The notes under the pieces were generated by a model. That model worked only from the letters and a program-made list of their open reading frames with translations. It was not told where the DNA came from and did not search any database. The position numbers and the translations under genes are program-made. DNA of 63,279 nucleotides, filler included, from Patellaria atrata CBS 101060 (lineage: Eukaryota): assembly GCA_010093705.1 (NCBI GenBank). It is 13 parts of 8 records of this genome, joined end to end, with 100 filler letters (N's around TTAATTAATTAA, not from the genome) between each part and the next. Parts side by side here need not be neighbours in the genome. Positions count along the whole stretch, not along the records: positions 36,917 to 42,742 come from MU006094.1; positions 42,843 to 46,551 come from MU006094.1; 11 more parts are not named here. One strand, written 5' to 3'. Shown piece by piece: positions 36,817-46,651 of the stretch (the first letter of the stretch is position 1; the number at the start of each line of letters is the position of its first letter).

Positions 36817-37192
36817 NNNNNNNNNNNNNNNNNNNNNNNNNNNNNNNNNNNNNNNNNNNNTTAATTAATTAANNNNNNNNNNNNNNNNNNNNNNNNNNNN
36901 NNNNNNNNNNNNNNNNGTTCACGAGATAACGTTTATTCAGGGCTTCAAAAAGATATAATATTCAGCTTCAACAGTTATCTGGTTGTAAAGCTACATCAAG
37001 AAACATAAAAATGCGATGATTCTGGCGGGGTGTGGTGTGCGATGATGTGGTGTAGCCAAGAGTTCACGATGTTTCGAAAGTCACAGTAAGGGCAAACCAA
37101 GCTAGTGTAGATTGAGCCGTGGAGCGGTTTCCTAGTAGTAGATTGTGTTAAAGAATATTTATGTGATGGCTCTCCACAATAGGACATTGCAC

Positions 37193-37300
37193 TTTTTTTT
37201 TTTATTGAACTTTACAGCCGAAGCTGTCTAAGCAATCCGCGGCGCCTTAGAGTTTGTTTTGGTTGCCTCTAGTCAGCATTCTCGTCCAGGACATTAAATG
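37193..37300 (-). mobile_element. Short LINE-like 3' tail
   Basis: The minus strand reads ACAGCTTCGGCTGT hairpin, AATAAA and poly(A). Confidence 0.4.
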
Positions 37301-37422
37301 CATACTGTTCGTCTTGCAACCGATTGGTTCGGATTATCCCGCCGGTGTTTTCCCCTAAACCACAACCACTATAAACAAACCTTACCTAACAAATCTCGTC
37401 CCATTATTATCATCGCACCACC

Positions 37423-39774
37423 ATGTCCCAACAATCGCCCGATTACAAACGACTTTGGCTTGAAGAGCAATGCAGGCGGCAAGAAGCGGAACAAGCCCGC
37501 GAAGAAGAGCAGCGCAGACGGGAAGAGGAGCAGCGCAGACGGGAAGAGGAGCAGCGCAGACGCGAAGAAGCAGAGCTGGCACAGGAAAAAGCTGAAGAGA
37601 AAACCCGCAAGACGACTCTTCCCGAGTTCCTCGATGCCTGTCACAATCATCTTCACTCAAATCTCGCCGTTCAGACCAATGTGTCGTTGTCGACGCGAGG
37701 CGGCCCTGCGAATGCGAATAACAAGCTTCGACCCGAAAGGGTCCTTATATGGGACGATTTCGCGGCGCATCAGGAAGCGATCTGGGACGACCTTATGAGT
37801 TTGGATTTTGTCTCGGAGCGGCACTTCACCTCAGTGCATACCCTGACAGAGTCTGGGGAGGCTGTCCGACGGAGGATGTTGAGTTCTGAGCTAGACCTAA
37901 ACGTCTTTCAGCGCTCCACTGTCGAGGACCCGGTATCACTGATTATCAAACAAATGTACAACGACCGATCGCTTCGACGGAAGTTTCGTCTACAAGGTTC
38001 TATAAGCTTCGAGAATCACGCCAACACCCTCAGCACGGAACTACTCGAAGAGGGCATAGAGCAAACGACGCTATCGGGAACTCAGCCACGACGGTCACCA
38101 CGCTTACAGGCTCAGTCCAAAGATGCAAGGCCATTAAGCTCGACAGACCCAACAGAATCGACCGCAATTCGCGTAGCAGCACGACCGTCCCGTCCTCGTG
38201 CAGATCAATTTTGCGTCTATAACATAAGCACTCAGAACATAGAGAATCGCATTGCCGCCTTCATTGTTGAATATAAGGCGCCACACAAGCTCCCGCTCAG
38301 TTATATCTACGAGGGTCTAGATGATATGGAACTCGAGGACGTGATCCAGTGTCGCGAAACTGATACTCCGCGAGACCACTTTCGTCGACTAATGGCTGCA
38401 GTCATCACACAAGCATTTTCTTATATAGTGAAGGTTGGGTTAAAGTATGGTTGCGTGTGCACTGGCGAAGCATTCATCTTCCTACGGGTGCCCGATGATC
38501 CTAGGACGGTGCACTACTTCCTATCCGTCCCCAAGGGTGACGTCGGGGAATCCACAGGATGGACACCAAATTCGGGCGGAGCGAATCGCCTGCACCTAAC
38601 AGCCGTTGGGCAGATGCTGGCTTTTACCCTTCAGGCGCTGAAGACACCGCCTCGGGGTCAGAAGTGGCGGGCCGAGGCCGCCGCTCAACTGAATAGCTGG
38701 GAGGTTGTGTACGATGACATGCTGGATGTCATTCCTCTACAAGACGCGCCATCATCGGAGTACCGACCACCTCGGCACGATGTATTCCTTCGTACGTCGC
38801 CCATCCAGCTCAGGCGAAGACCAGCTCTAACTGGCTCTCCTAACTGCTCGCGACCCCAGGATCAGCATGAAGCTAGTGATGACGAGCCTGATCCGGACAC
38901 TCCAAGTCGACAAATATCCTCACCCCAATGCCCGTCTGGCACCCAAGCCACTGCCGGCAGCTCGTCGCCTAGTCGCAATTCCCGCCGAGGAGCACAAAGT
39001 GGACAATACTGTACGCAAAATTGTTTGCGCGGTTTAGTTGAGGGTGGTCCGCTCGATATGTTGTGTCCAAACGTACGCGATCACGGGGAGAGCTATCATC
39101 AGATTGATACGCCTACCTTCCTTAATCTCATTCGCCAACAACTCTCAAAAACTCTAGATATCGACTGCAATCCTGTAGGTGTTCCTGGAGCATGCGGCGT
39201 CCTATTCCGTGTCAGACTGAGATCGCACGGATACACCGTAGCCGCTAAATGCACCCCTATCGACTTCGTTCATCGCCTCAAACGGGAGGCTACCATCTAC
39301 GAGCACCTCCGTCCAATCCAGGGTATCCATGTGCCGGTCCATTTAGGTAACATAGATCTGGACACTCCCTATTTCTATGAAGGCATTACAGAGCTTGTTC
39401 ACATGATGTTTCTTAGTTTCGGAGGAAAACCTATCTATCAACACCTCACCACCAAGAACAGGCAATACATCACTCAACAGGTTGACTGCGCAGTCCGAGC
39501 AATCCATGAGCTGCGGGTTTTACATAAGGACCTTATGCCTCGTAACATGCTGTGGGATGAGGAGACTAGCCAGGTCATGGTGATCGATTTTGAGCGGGCA
39601 CAGGTTTGCGAACCACGGCCTGCCCTGGGTATCATCTCATCAAATTGGAAGAGGAAGCGAGGATTGGACTCGGAGAGAAGTCTAACGAAGCAGATAGGAG
39701 ACAGGTGTTCTGAATTTACGCGGGAGATACGACGAGCGGCTATTGAATTACACAGCTTAAAGGTGTTCGAATAG
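37423..39774 (+). CDS. Spok-like protein (coiled coil, PD-(D/E)xK nuclease, Cys cluster, kinase-like domain), 783 aa, intronless
   Basis: EEEQRRR repeats, TTLPEFLDACH, RADQFC...VEYKAPHK, ITQAFSY...TGEAFIFL, YCTQNCL...CPN..H, GACGVLF...VAAK, HKDLMPRN...IDFERA. Confidence 0.85.
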   Translation: MSQQSPDYKRLWLEEQCRRQEAEQAREEEQRRREEEQRRREEEQRRREEAELAQEKAEEKTRKTTLPEFLDACHNHLHSNLAVQTNVSLSTRGGPANANNKLRPERVLIWDDFAAHQEAIWDDLMSLDFVSERHFTSVHTLTESGEAVRRRMLSSELDLNVFQRSTVEDPVSLIIKQMYNDRSLRRKFRLQGSISFENHANTLSTELLEEGIEQTTLSGTQPRRSPRLQAQSKDARPLSSTDPTESTAIRVAARPSRPRADQFCVYNISTQNIENRIAAFIVEYKAPHKLPLSYIYEGLDDMELEDVIQCRETDTPRDHFRRLMAAVITQAFSYIVKVGLKYGCVCTGEAFIFLRVPDDPRTVHYFLSVPKGDVGESTGWTPNSGGANRLHLTAVGQMLAFTLQALKTPPRGQKWRAEAAAQLNSWEVVYDDMLDVIPLQDAPSSEYRPPRHDVFLRTSPIQLRRRPALTGSPNCSRPQDQHEASDDEPDPDTPSRQISSPQCPSGTQATAGSSSPSRNSRRGAQSGQYCTQNCLRGLVEGGPLDMLCPNVRDHGESYHQIDTPTFLNLIRQQLSKTLDIDCNPVGVPGACGVLFRVRLRSHGYTVAAKCTPIDFVHRLKREATIYEHLRPIQGIHVPVHLGNIDLDTPYFYEGITELVHMMFLSFGGKPIYQHLTTKNRQYITQQVDCAVRAIHELRVLHKDLMPRNMLWDEETSQVMVIDFERAQVCEPRPALGIISSNWKRKRGLDSERSLTKQIGDRCSEFTREIRRAAIELHSLKVFE
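37501..37563 (+). repeat. 3 x 21-nt tandem repeat encoding EEEQRRR
   Basis: GAAGA(A/G)GAGCAGCGCAGACG(G/C) three times. Confidence 0.95.
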
Positions 39775-40789
39775 CGGTTCCTCGAAAACTAGAGCACCCA
39801 GGGCAAATTCAGGAAGTGAGATCTAAGATTCCCCAATCGAGGACAGGAAGAACCGAGTTTTAGGACTACAATTCAAAATTCCTATTGCATGGAACACCTG
39901 GCGAAAGGGAGGTAATTCACACAATCAGTTAGTGTTCTCGAAAATGCTTCCGCTAAGTCTATTTTCGAAAACCCGCTTATTAGGGGCAATCGGATTACGA
40001 AAGTGATAAACACTCGCGTAAGCGCCTTATTAATGCTATAATTATATATTTTACTTACAGCTACAAATAGTCTTTTGGTTCGTGGCTTTAGACACATTTC
40101 GCTTTAAGATGGGAGGAAATCTTTACTTTGGTACGTAAGCACCTTAGGGATATTGCCCGCACCCTTAGGATTTATCAAGTCTTCGCTATGTCACCCGCTT
40201 CTACAATTTCACAACGATCTTCTGGCAACTACATTCTAATAGCGATCCCTCAAGGTAATCGATCCCGATCCTTCCCATGGCCCGTTGACCAGCTGTCGTT
40301 AATGGTGGTAAGATTTATTGTTCACCTCGTCAGCTCACGGTCTCCATTTGGACGCTGCAATCACACCGCAACCCAGTATTTATCGTCCAAGCACATCCCA
40401 TACCACAAAACAAAAGATCAGACTTACAATAATAGACAATGTTATTAGATCTGCTGGTGGAAATTCCTGTGACGATTTTCAAGTGGATAGGTTTGTTCCA
40501 AAGTCAGTAAAGCTAGACCGGCGAACTTAAACAGCCATGGGAACGTAAGGACTTAAAGCATCTATGCGAAGTTTCAACTCATCTTTCCGACATTATCACC
40601 CCGATATTGTATTAAACAATCGCTTTTGGAACGGAAGACGAAGATTCCCTAGAAGATATAACTAGCTAGAGCCTAATAGTATAGACGTGTCCTGAACCCG
40701 AAGATCAGCCAGTAAGCTTCTCCTTAAACCTGCCCTCGGCCTCTTCTCTTCTTCTTTATCTTGATTGTAGATAGCATCTAGACTAGATA

Positions 40790-41390
40790 GTTGGAATACA
40801 ATTACTAGGGACCGCTCACATCACCCAAGGAACCAGGAACAACAGAACTGCGCATTTAAAGCTACCAGGAATGAATACTTTCACACCATTAGAAAGGCAA
40901 AGTCTAACCATTGGAATAGCTTTCTTGAGAATGCTAGAGGGAAGGAAGTATTCACTGCACTAAAGTAGACTAAAGATAAGACACTTTGCAACACTCCTAC
41001 ACCGTAGTACTCCAGTAATGGCATACTGACACAAGCTGAAAGCTTTGAAGAGAAATGTATAGCTCTCACCACCACATTATTCTCCATACCACCAAGCACA
41101 GCAGCCTGCCAGTGGGAAAGCTACTCACAAGATCCAAGCTGGGACTGGCAGCAATTAACTCAAGCTCACATAGAAAAGCTCCAGGAGGAGATCAGCTCTC
41201 TTTTACCATTATCTAGAAAGTGTACCCAATCATCCTTGACCTTCTCAATAGGCTGTATAAGCTTCTGTTCCAAGTTGGCTATCATCCCAGGATATGAAGG
41301 GAGGCGGTAGGGGTTATATTACCAAAGCCTAACAAAGATAATTACTCCATCCCAAAGGCATACAGAATGATCTCTTTACTTAATTGTTAT
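40790..41390 (+). mobile_element. Degenerate Tad-like LINE ORF2 fragment
   Basis: RNEYFHTIRKAKSNHWNSFL and VILPKPNKDNYSIPKAYRMISLLNC (pre-RT motifs), with stops and deletions. Confidence 0.75.
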
Positions 41391-41458
41391 AAGAGTTATT
41401 AGAGCAACAGTTGTATTACCAATGCTAAGCTAGCATACAAAGTGGTAAAGGTGAGGAG

Positions 41459-41825
41459 TGTCACGGTTCCATTAACACAAATCTCATTCCTCCTATCACG
41501 TGACCTATCTTATCAGATTAGATCTCTGGGCAACTCCAACATCAAGTTGCCCACTCCATAGCTACTGGAAATCTCCAGTCTTAATATATTCGTTAATACT
41601 CGATATACGGTGATTCCCAGTGATTGCAGTTCCTTTACACATTATGAGCATCACCAAGAAGTCAAGGAGTCAGCAAGTTGTATCGACAACTTGAAGTGCC
41701 TTTGTTATACGAATCCTATCACTTGCGGAAACTACCCTAGTGGTTGACCACGTTAAGTGAGAAATCAGGCGCGTTTCTAGACTTATCCTGTTCTATCTCG
41801 ATAAGTATAGACTCCCGTTGTAACA
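41459..41825 (+). mobile_element. Solo LTR related to family A (shared 3' ~170 bp, different 5' part)
   Basis: TGTCACGG...GTAACA termini; 3' half matches 48555-48727; no TSD. Confidence 0.75.
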
Positions 41826-42594
41826 AAAGCGAGGTTCGGAAAGAGAACGCTTTAGCGCTTAGCTAAACAGCAGCTTAATACTGAGATTAAGGCTTCAAGA
41901 GCACGTAAACGAGCATCTACTAAAGGAACTACAACTACTCAAGAGCTTCAAGTTGTTGCTATTAAGGCTTCTTCAAGCCGGGGGGGGTGAGGTCTTAACG
42001 CGGCCTCAACGCTTACGACGGGCTCCACAACATTTTGAGAGATCTGAAAGTTAGCTAGATAGATTCAGCAGTATTAAATTACTACACCATTCCAATCTCC
42101 AGCAGCTAGCACATTAAAAGATAGCTGGGTTCAAATTGCCTAGACGTCTGTGCAACAGCTGATTCGTGCACAAGCCCGATCGGACTTCTACGTAAAGACA
42201 ATATCAACCAGGTCTTCGGTAAACTATCTATGATGTCCATAGAAATACTGCTACTTTAGTACGAAGCCTGTTTATATCATAAGGCATGAGAGGACCTAAG
42301 ATCCTAAGAAAGGTGAGATGGGATGATGGGGTGAGGCTTGTGAGGTGGAGGTTGAGACTAGACTCTGTGGTTGCGGTAGGGCTGAAACGGAGATGGCTTC
42401 TGGATCCCAGCAATTTATCCATTCCTTTTCGAGACGAGATCGCCGGATAATAATCACCTCCATATGTTTCAAACGCTTCATCTATTCAATTAACTGCACC
42501 TCTAATTCTGTGTCTGTTCTCTTTACACAGCTCTGGTCATCAGTTATATCCCAACCAAGAATCAGGATATCGATATGTCCACCTGGATATGGAG

Positions 42595-42742
42595 AGCTGT
42601 GACCCACTCGCGATTGCCTGGCTGTATAACTGCTCGCCGACCTATTGTATCTGAGCTTGTAATGACTTTTGATGTTGCTGTAGCCCCCATCATAAACCCA
42701 GTCTCGTCGAAATTGTACGTATCTTCATCAAGAATGCCGTAT
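42595..42742 (-). mobile_element. pogo/Fot1-like DDE transposase fragment
   Basis: YGILDEDTYNFDETGFMMG...QPGNREWVT. Confidence 0.85.
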
Positions 42743-42842
42743 NNNNNNNNNNNNNNNNNNNNNNNNNNNNNNNNNNNNNNNNNNNNTTAATTAATTAANN
42801 NNNNNNNNNNNNNNNNNNNNNNNNNNNNNNNNNNNNNNNNNN

Positions 42843-43103
42843 CCTAGGCAACCTCTACGCCGACCAAGGCAAGCTGACCGAGGCGGAGAAGCTGTACATT
42901 CGGGCGCTGCAAGGCTATAAGGAGGTACTTGGACCAGACCACACATCGACACTCGATACGATCAACAACCTAGGCAACCTCTATAGGAATTAAGGTAAGC
43001 TAGCCGAGGCGGAGAAGATTTAAATTCGGGTGCTATAAGGCTACGTAGAAACTCTTAGCCTCGAGCTTATACCGTTATATTTACCAACTTTAAACGCTAT
43101 AAT
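42843..43103 (+). pseudogene. RIP-inactivated NLR-type TPR repeat fragment
   Basis: LGNLYADQGKLTEAEKLYIRALQGYKEVLGPDHTSTLDTINNLGNLYRN*GKLAEAEKI*IRVL*GY; two of the three stops sit where the preceding repeat has CAA. Confidence 0.8.
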
Positions 43104-43584
43104 TGTTACGGGTTAGACCCGATAAGTATAAGTGCTTAGATAATCTAGCGGCTTAGTTATATTATACTTTAGTAGAATAGTATAGGTGTCACGGCCATAG
43201 GATAATAAGGGATCCTTAGACTGTTACAACGGGAGTCTATACTTATCGAGACAGAATAGGATAAGTCTAGAAACGCGCCTGGCTTCTCACTTAACGTGGT
43301 CAACCACTAGGGTAGGTTTGGCAAAGTGATAGGATACGTATAACAAAGGCACTTCAAGTTGACGATACAACTTGCTGACTCCTTGACTTCAGGTACTGCT
43401 CGCAATGAGACAAGATATACTGTATAGAAACAGTATGACAAGTGAAGTCAAGTTCAAGACCGTAACATCCAAATCTATGGGTAAGATTGATGGTAAGAAT
43501 AACTACGAAGAATCTAAATACATGAGGGAAAGACCGTCCTTAAATATTCCTATCTTCTATAGTCAATTTAGTGTGCCTACACTC

Positions 43585-43752
43585 TGGTCGTTCTGGTCGT
43601 TTGGTCGTTCGGTCGTTTTCTACGACCAAAACGTCCACACGTCTAAACGTCCAAGTCACATGATCCCCTTTGGTCGTTCTAGTCGTTTGGTCGTTCGGTC
43701 GTTTCCTACGACCAAAACGTCCGCACATCCAAACGTCCAAGTCACGTGACTC
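43585..43752. repeat. 2 x 86-bp tandem repeat rich in GGTCGTT and AACGTCC, inside the family A LTR
   Basis: Units start at 43585 and 43671. Confidence 0.85.
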
Positions 43753-43796
43753 GCTGTTACCCGTTTCACCCGCAGTTCTCCCGAGTGGTGTTCTCT

Positions 43797-44835
43797 TGTT
43801 AGATAGTGAGGCTCGCTACCGGGTAAATGGATGCTTACTAGTTCAAAACAGTGGTGAAAACAATGGTATGGAACGGTAGCTTGAGACAGTGCGTTAAACC
43901 GTATTAAAACAGATCTCTGACGAGAGCACGGATCTATGGTGTTTTATCTGTTCTCTTTCTGACCCAGTATCATTGTCAACTGTTCAGTATATAGTTCCTA
44001 TCTCTCTCAGTAGTTGCAAATCAAGCGATATNNNNNNNNNNNNNNNNNNNNNNNNNNNNNNNNNNNNNNNNNNNNNNNNNNNNNNNNNNNNNNNNNNNNN
44101 NNNNNNNNNNNNNNNNNNNNNNNNNNNNNNNNNNNNNNNNNNNNNNNNNNNNNNNNNNNNNNNNNNNNNNNNNNNNNNNNNNNNNNNNNNNNNNNNNNNN
44201 NNNNNNNNNNNNNNNNNNNNNNNNNNNNNNNNNNNNNNNNNNNNNNNNNNNNNNNNNNNNNNNNNNNNNNNNNNNNNNNNNNNNNNNNNNNNNNNNNNNN
44301 NNNNNNNNNNNNNNNNNNNNNNNNNNNNNNNNNNNNNNNNNNNNNNNNNNNNNNNNNNNNNNNNNNNNNNNNNNNNNNNNNNNNNNNNNNNNNNNNNNNN
44401 NNNNNNNNNNNNNNNNNNNNNNNNNNNNNNNNNNNNNNNNNNNNNNNNNNNNNNNNNNNNNNNNNNNNNNNNNNNNNNNNNNNNNNNNNNNNNNNNNNNN
44501 NNNNNNNNNNNNNNNNNNNNNNNNNNNNNNNNNNNNNNNNNNNNNNNNNNNNNNNNNNNNNNNNNNNNNNNNNNNNNNNNNNNNNNNNNNNNNNNNNNNN
44601 NNNNNNNNNNNNNNNNNNNNNNNNNNNNNNNNNNNNNNNNNNNNNNNNNNNNNNNNNNNNNNNNNNNNNNNNNNNNNNNNNNNNNNNNNNNNNNNNNNNN
44701 NNNNNNTGGTGTTTTATCTGTTCTCTTTCTGACCCAGTATCATTGTCAACTGTTCAGTATATAGTTCCTATCTCTCTCAGTAGTTGCAAATCAAGCGATA
44801 TATTCAGTGCACCTGCAGATCCAGTTTATCTCACA
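43797..44835 (+). mobile_element. Copia LTR insertion (solo LTR or collapsed element across the N gap) with TCTCT target-site duplication
   Basis: TGTTAGAT...ATCTCACA termini; TCTCT at 43792-43796 and 44836-44840; sequence duplicated on both sides of the gap. Confidence 0.85.
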
Positions 44836-45004
44836 TCTCTCTTTCCCTCACTCGTTGTCTACATGTTCTTATAACTTGTGGCCGTAACACTATTCTCCCC
44901 CTTCTCGACTCTTTTCCCAAGAGTTTGTTTCTTTTGCTTGGGTATATAATAGACGTGTCGCCCATCTATTAAGTCGTACGCACCTCTCTTCCCTTTCTTT
45001 CGAG

Positions 45005-45603
45005 ATGCCAAAAGCTGAACCCCGTCCAGTCGTCGACGTTACGCTGCCCGTGTTGCTCTACACGGTCGTCCTATGCCGACTCCCTGTTCCGCTTGTCGTC
45101 GTTCCTCTCGTTCTTGTATCGTGGATATCCCCTCTGGTTTTTGCTCTGAGTGTCTTGCTCGTGGTACCAAATGCGATCTTGTGGTGATATAAAAGGATTG
45201 GGATAAGCTCGATGCTCTAAAGGCCCGAACTCGTTCTGAGTTAGCTGCTGCTGAGAACGATGAAGAGCTTACTCTTGACCACGAGGAGCAAGTCCGTGCT
45301 CAGGCGAGTGCTCAGGTGAGGGCCGCTCGTGCCCGTGCCCGTCGTCTCCGTCGGCAACTCCGTTCTCTCGAGGATAAAGAGTTTGAGATGTCTCGTCGTG
45401 AGCTTAATTCCATCGAGGAACTTGAGGCTTTGGAGCAAGCAGCCGAAGGGCAGCGAGCTTCTTTGGTCGCCCCTTCTTCCTCTGCTGTCGTGTCTCCTTC
45501 TAGTTGGTCTGGTTTGGATTTCTCTGCCCTCGAGGGTCTAGAATTCCCTGGTTTTGGCGATGAAACTGTTCAAGTTTCTGATCGCAATTCGTTAAATGTC
45601 TGA
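45005..45603 (+). pseudogene. Second, disrupted copy of the antisense Zn2Cys6-like ORF
   Basis: 4-nt deletion near the start and a CAA>TAA stop at about 45190; otherwise colinear with 30010-30558, plus 18 extra codons. Confidence 0.8.
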
Positions 45604-46214
45604 GTGGTTCCCACGTGTTGTCTGCGTGTTCGTAGCCTTTCCACTTTACTAAATACTTATACTGACCATCTACTCGTTGTAGGTCCAAGATTCGTTCTAC
45701 CTCGTAGACGTCTTCTTCTTCGAGCTCTGTAGGTCATGTTTGAAGTTTGGTGTTAGCATGCGCTAGTTCTAGGAGTGATACATGGAAAACTGGGTGTATC
45801 TTCATTCCTTGTGGTAATTCTAACTCATAATTGACTTTTCCTTTGACCTGTTTGATTTTAAAAGGTCCGATTTTCTTGTGGTCTAGTTTCTTGTTAGGTC
45901 GTTTTGTTTTGAGGTTTTTCTGTAACAAGTAAACTTTGTCCCCCCTTTTAAAGGTCGGTTCCAGCGACCTATGCTGATTGCTGTACTTTGCAGCTCTTGT
46001 CGTCTGGAAGGCTATATCTCGCGATAGCTGTGCGTGCAATTCTTTGATTTGCTCGACTTTCAACGCTGCTTCTTGTGAAATACTTTGAACTGTTCTCGGC
46101 TCACGATATGCTTCCGGTTCAAAACCATAGTTCGCATAGAAGGGTGAAACCTTCTTGGTATCGGATTTCGCGCTGTTGTGTGCGAATTGTGCCATTGGTA
46201 GTAGCTCTACCCAG

Positions 46215-46352
46215 TTTTTTTTTTTTTTTTTAATTCCATTGTATTGTATTACCTACAATACTGCGCATGCAGCCTTTAAGCTATGGCGCAACTTCCTATA
46301 TGCATAAATCCCTTTTCAGGGCCCTTATATGCTTAGTGAAGTCTTCAGTAGC
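46215..46352 (-). mobile_element. LINE 3' end inserted into the Gypsy integrase
   Basis: Poly(T) plus the shared 3' UTR abuts the integrase sequence. Confidence 0.85.
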
Positions 46353-46551
46353 TGTTAGATGGTGAGGTTCGCTACCGGGTAAATGGGTGCTTACTAGTTC
46401 AAAACAGTGGTGAAAACAATGGTATGGAACGGTAGCTTGAGACAGAGCGTCAAACCGTATTAAAACAGATCTCTAACGAGAGTATGGATCTGTGGTGTTT
46501 TATCTATTCTCTTTCTGACCCAGTATCATTGTCAACTGTTCAGTATATAGT
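46353..46551 (+). mobile_element. Copia LTR 5' part inserted into the LINE
   Basis: Near-identical to 43797-43995. Confidence 0.85.
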
Positions 46552-46651
46552 NNNNNNNNNNNNNNNNNNNNNNNNNNNNNNNNNNNNNNNNNNNNTTAAT
46601 TAATTAANNNNNNNNNNNNNNNNNNNNNNNNNNNNNNNNNNNNNNNNNNNN

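Larger units (their letters stand above)
43222..46214 (-). mobile_element. Gypsy family A, copy 2 3' end: integrase, chromodomain, antisense ORF, PPT and 3' LTR (43222-43796 plus 44841-44889, about 620 bp)
   Basis: Colinear with 29851-31170; on the minus strand the LTR runs from TGTTACGG (44889) to ...GTAACA (43222). Confidence 0.85.

Noticed and set aside
36996..37187. C2H2-like CPYC...H...H peptide
   Set aside because: A single motif in a short fragment at a contig edge, with no gene structure.
24594..39774. NLR, Gypsy and Spok-like gene as one defence or drive island
   Set aside because: They lie on different contigs separated by artificial linkers, so physical linkage is unproven.
11900..42742. 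Starship or Spok-block giant transposon
   Set aside because: I could not recognise a DUF3435 tyrosine recombinase captain or element boundaries in the window.
43973..44874. 263-aa and 286-aa ORFs in the ORF track
   Set aside because: They consist almost entirely of the N gap.
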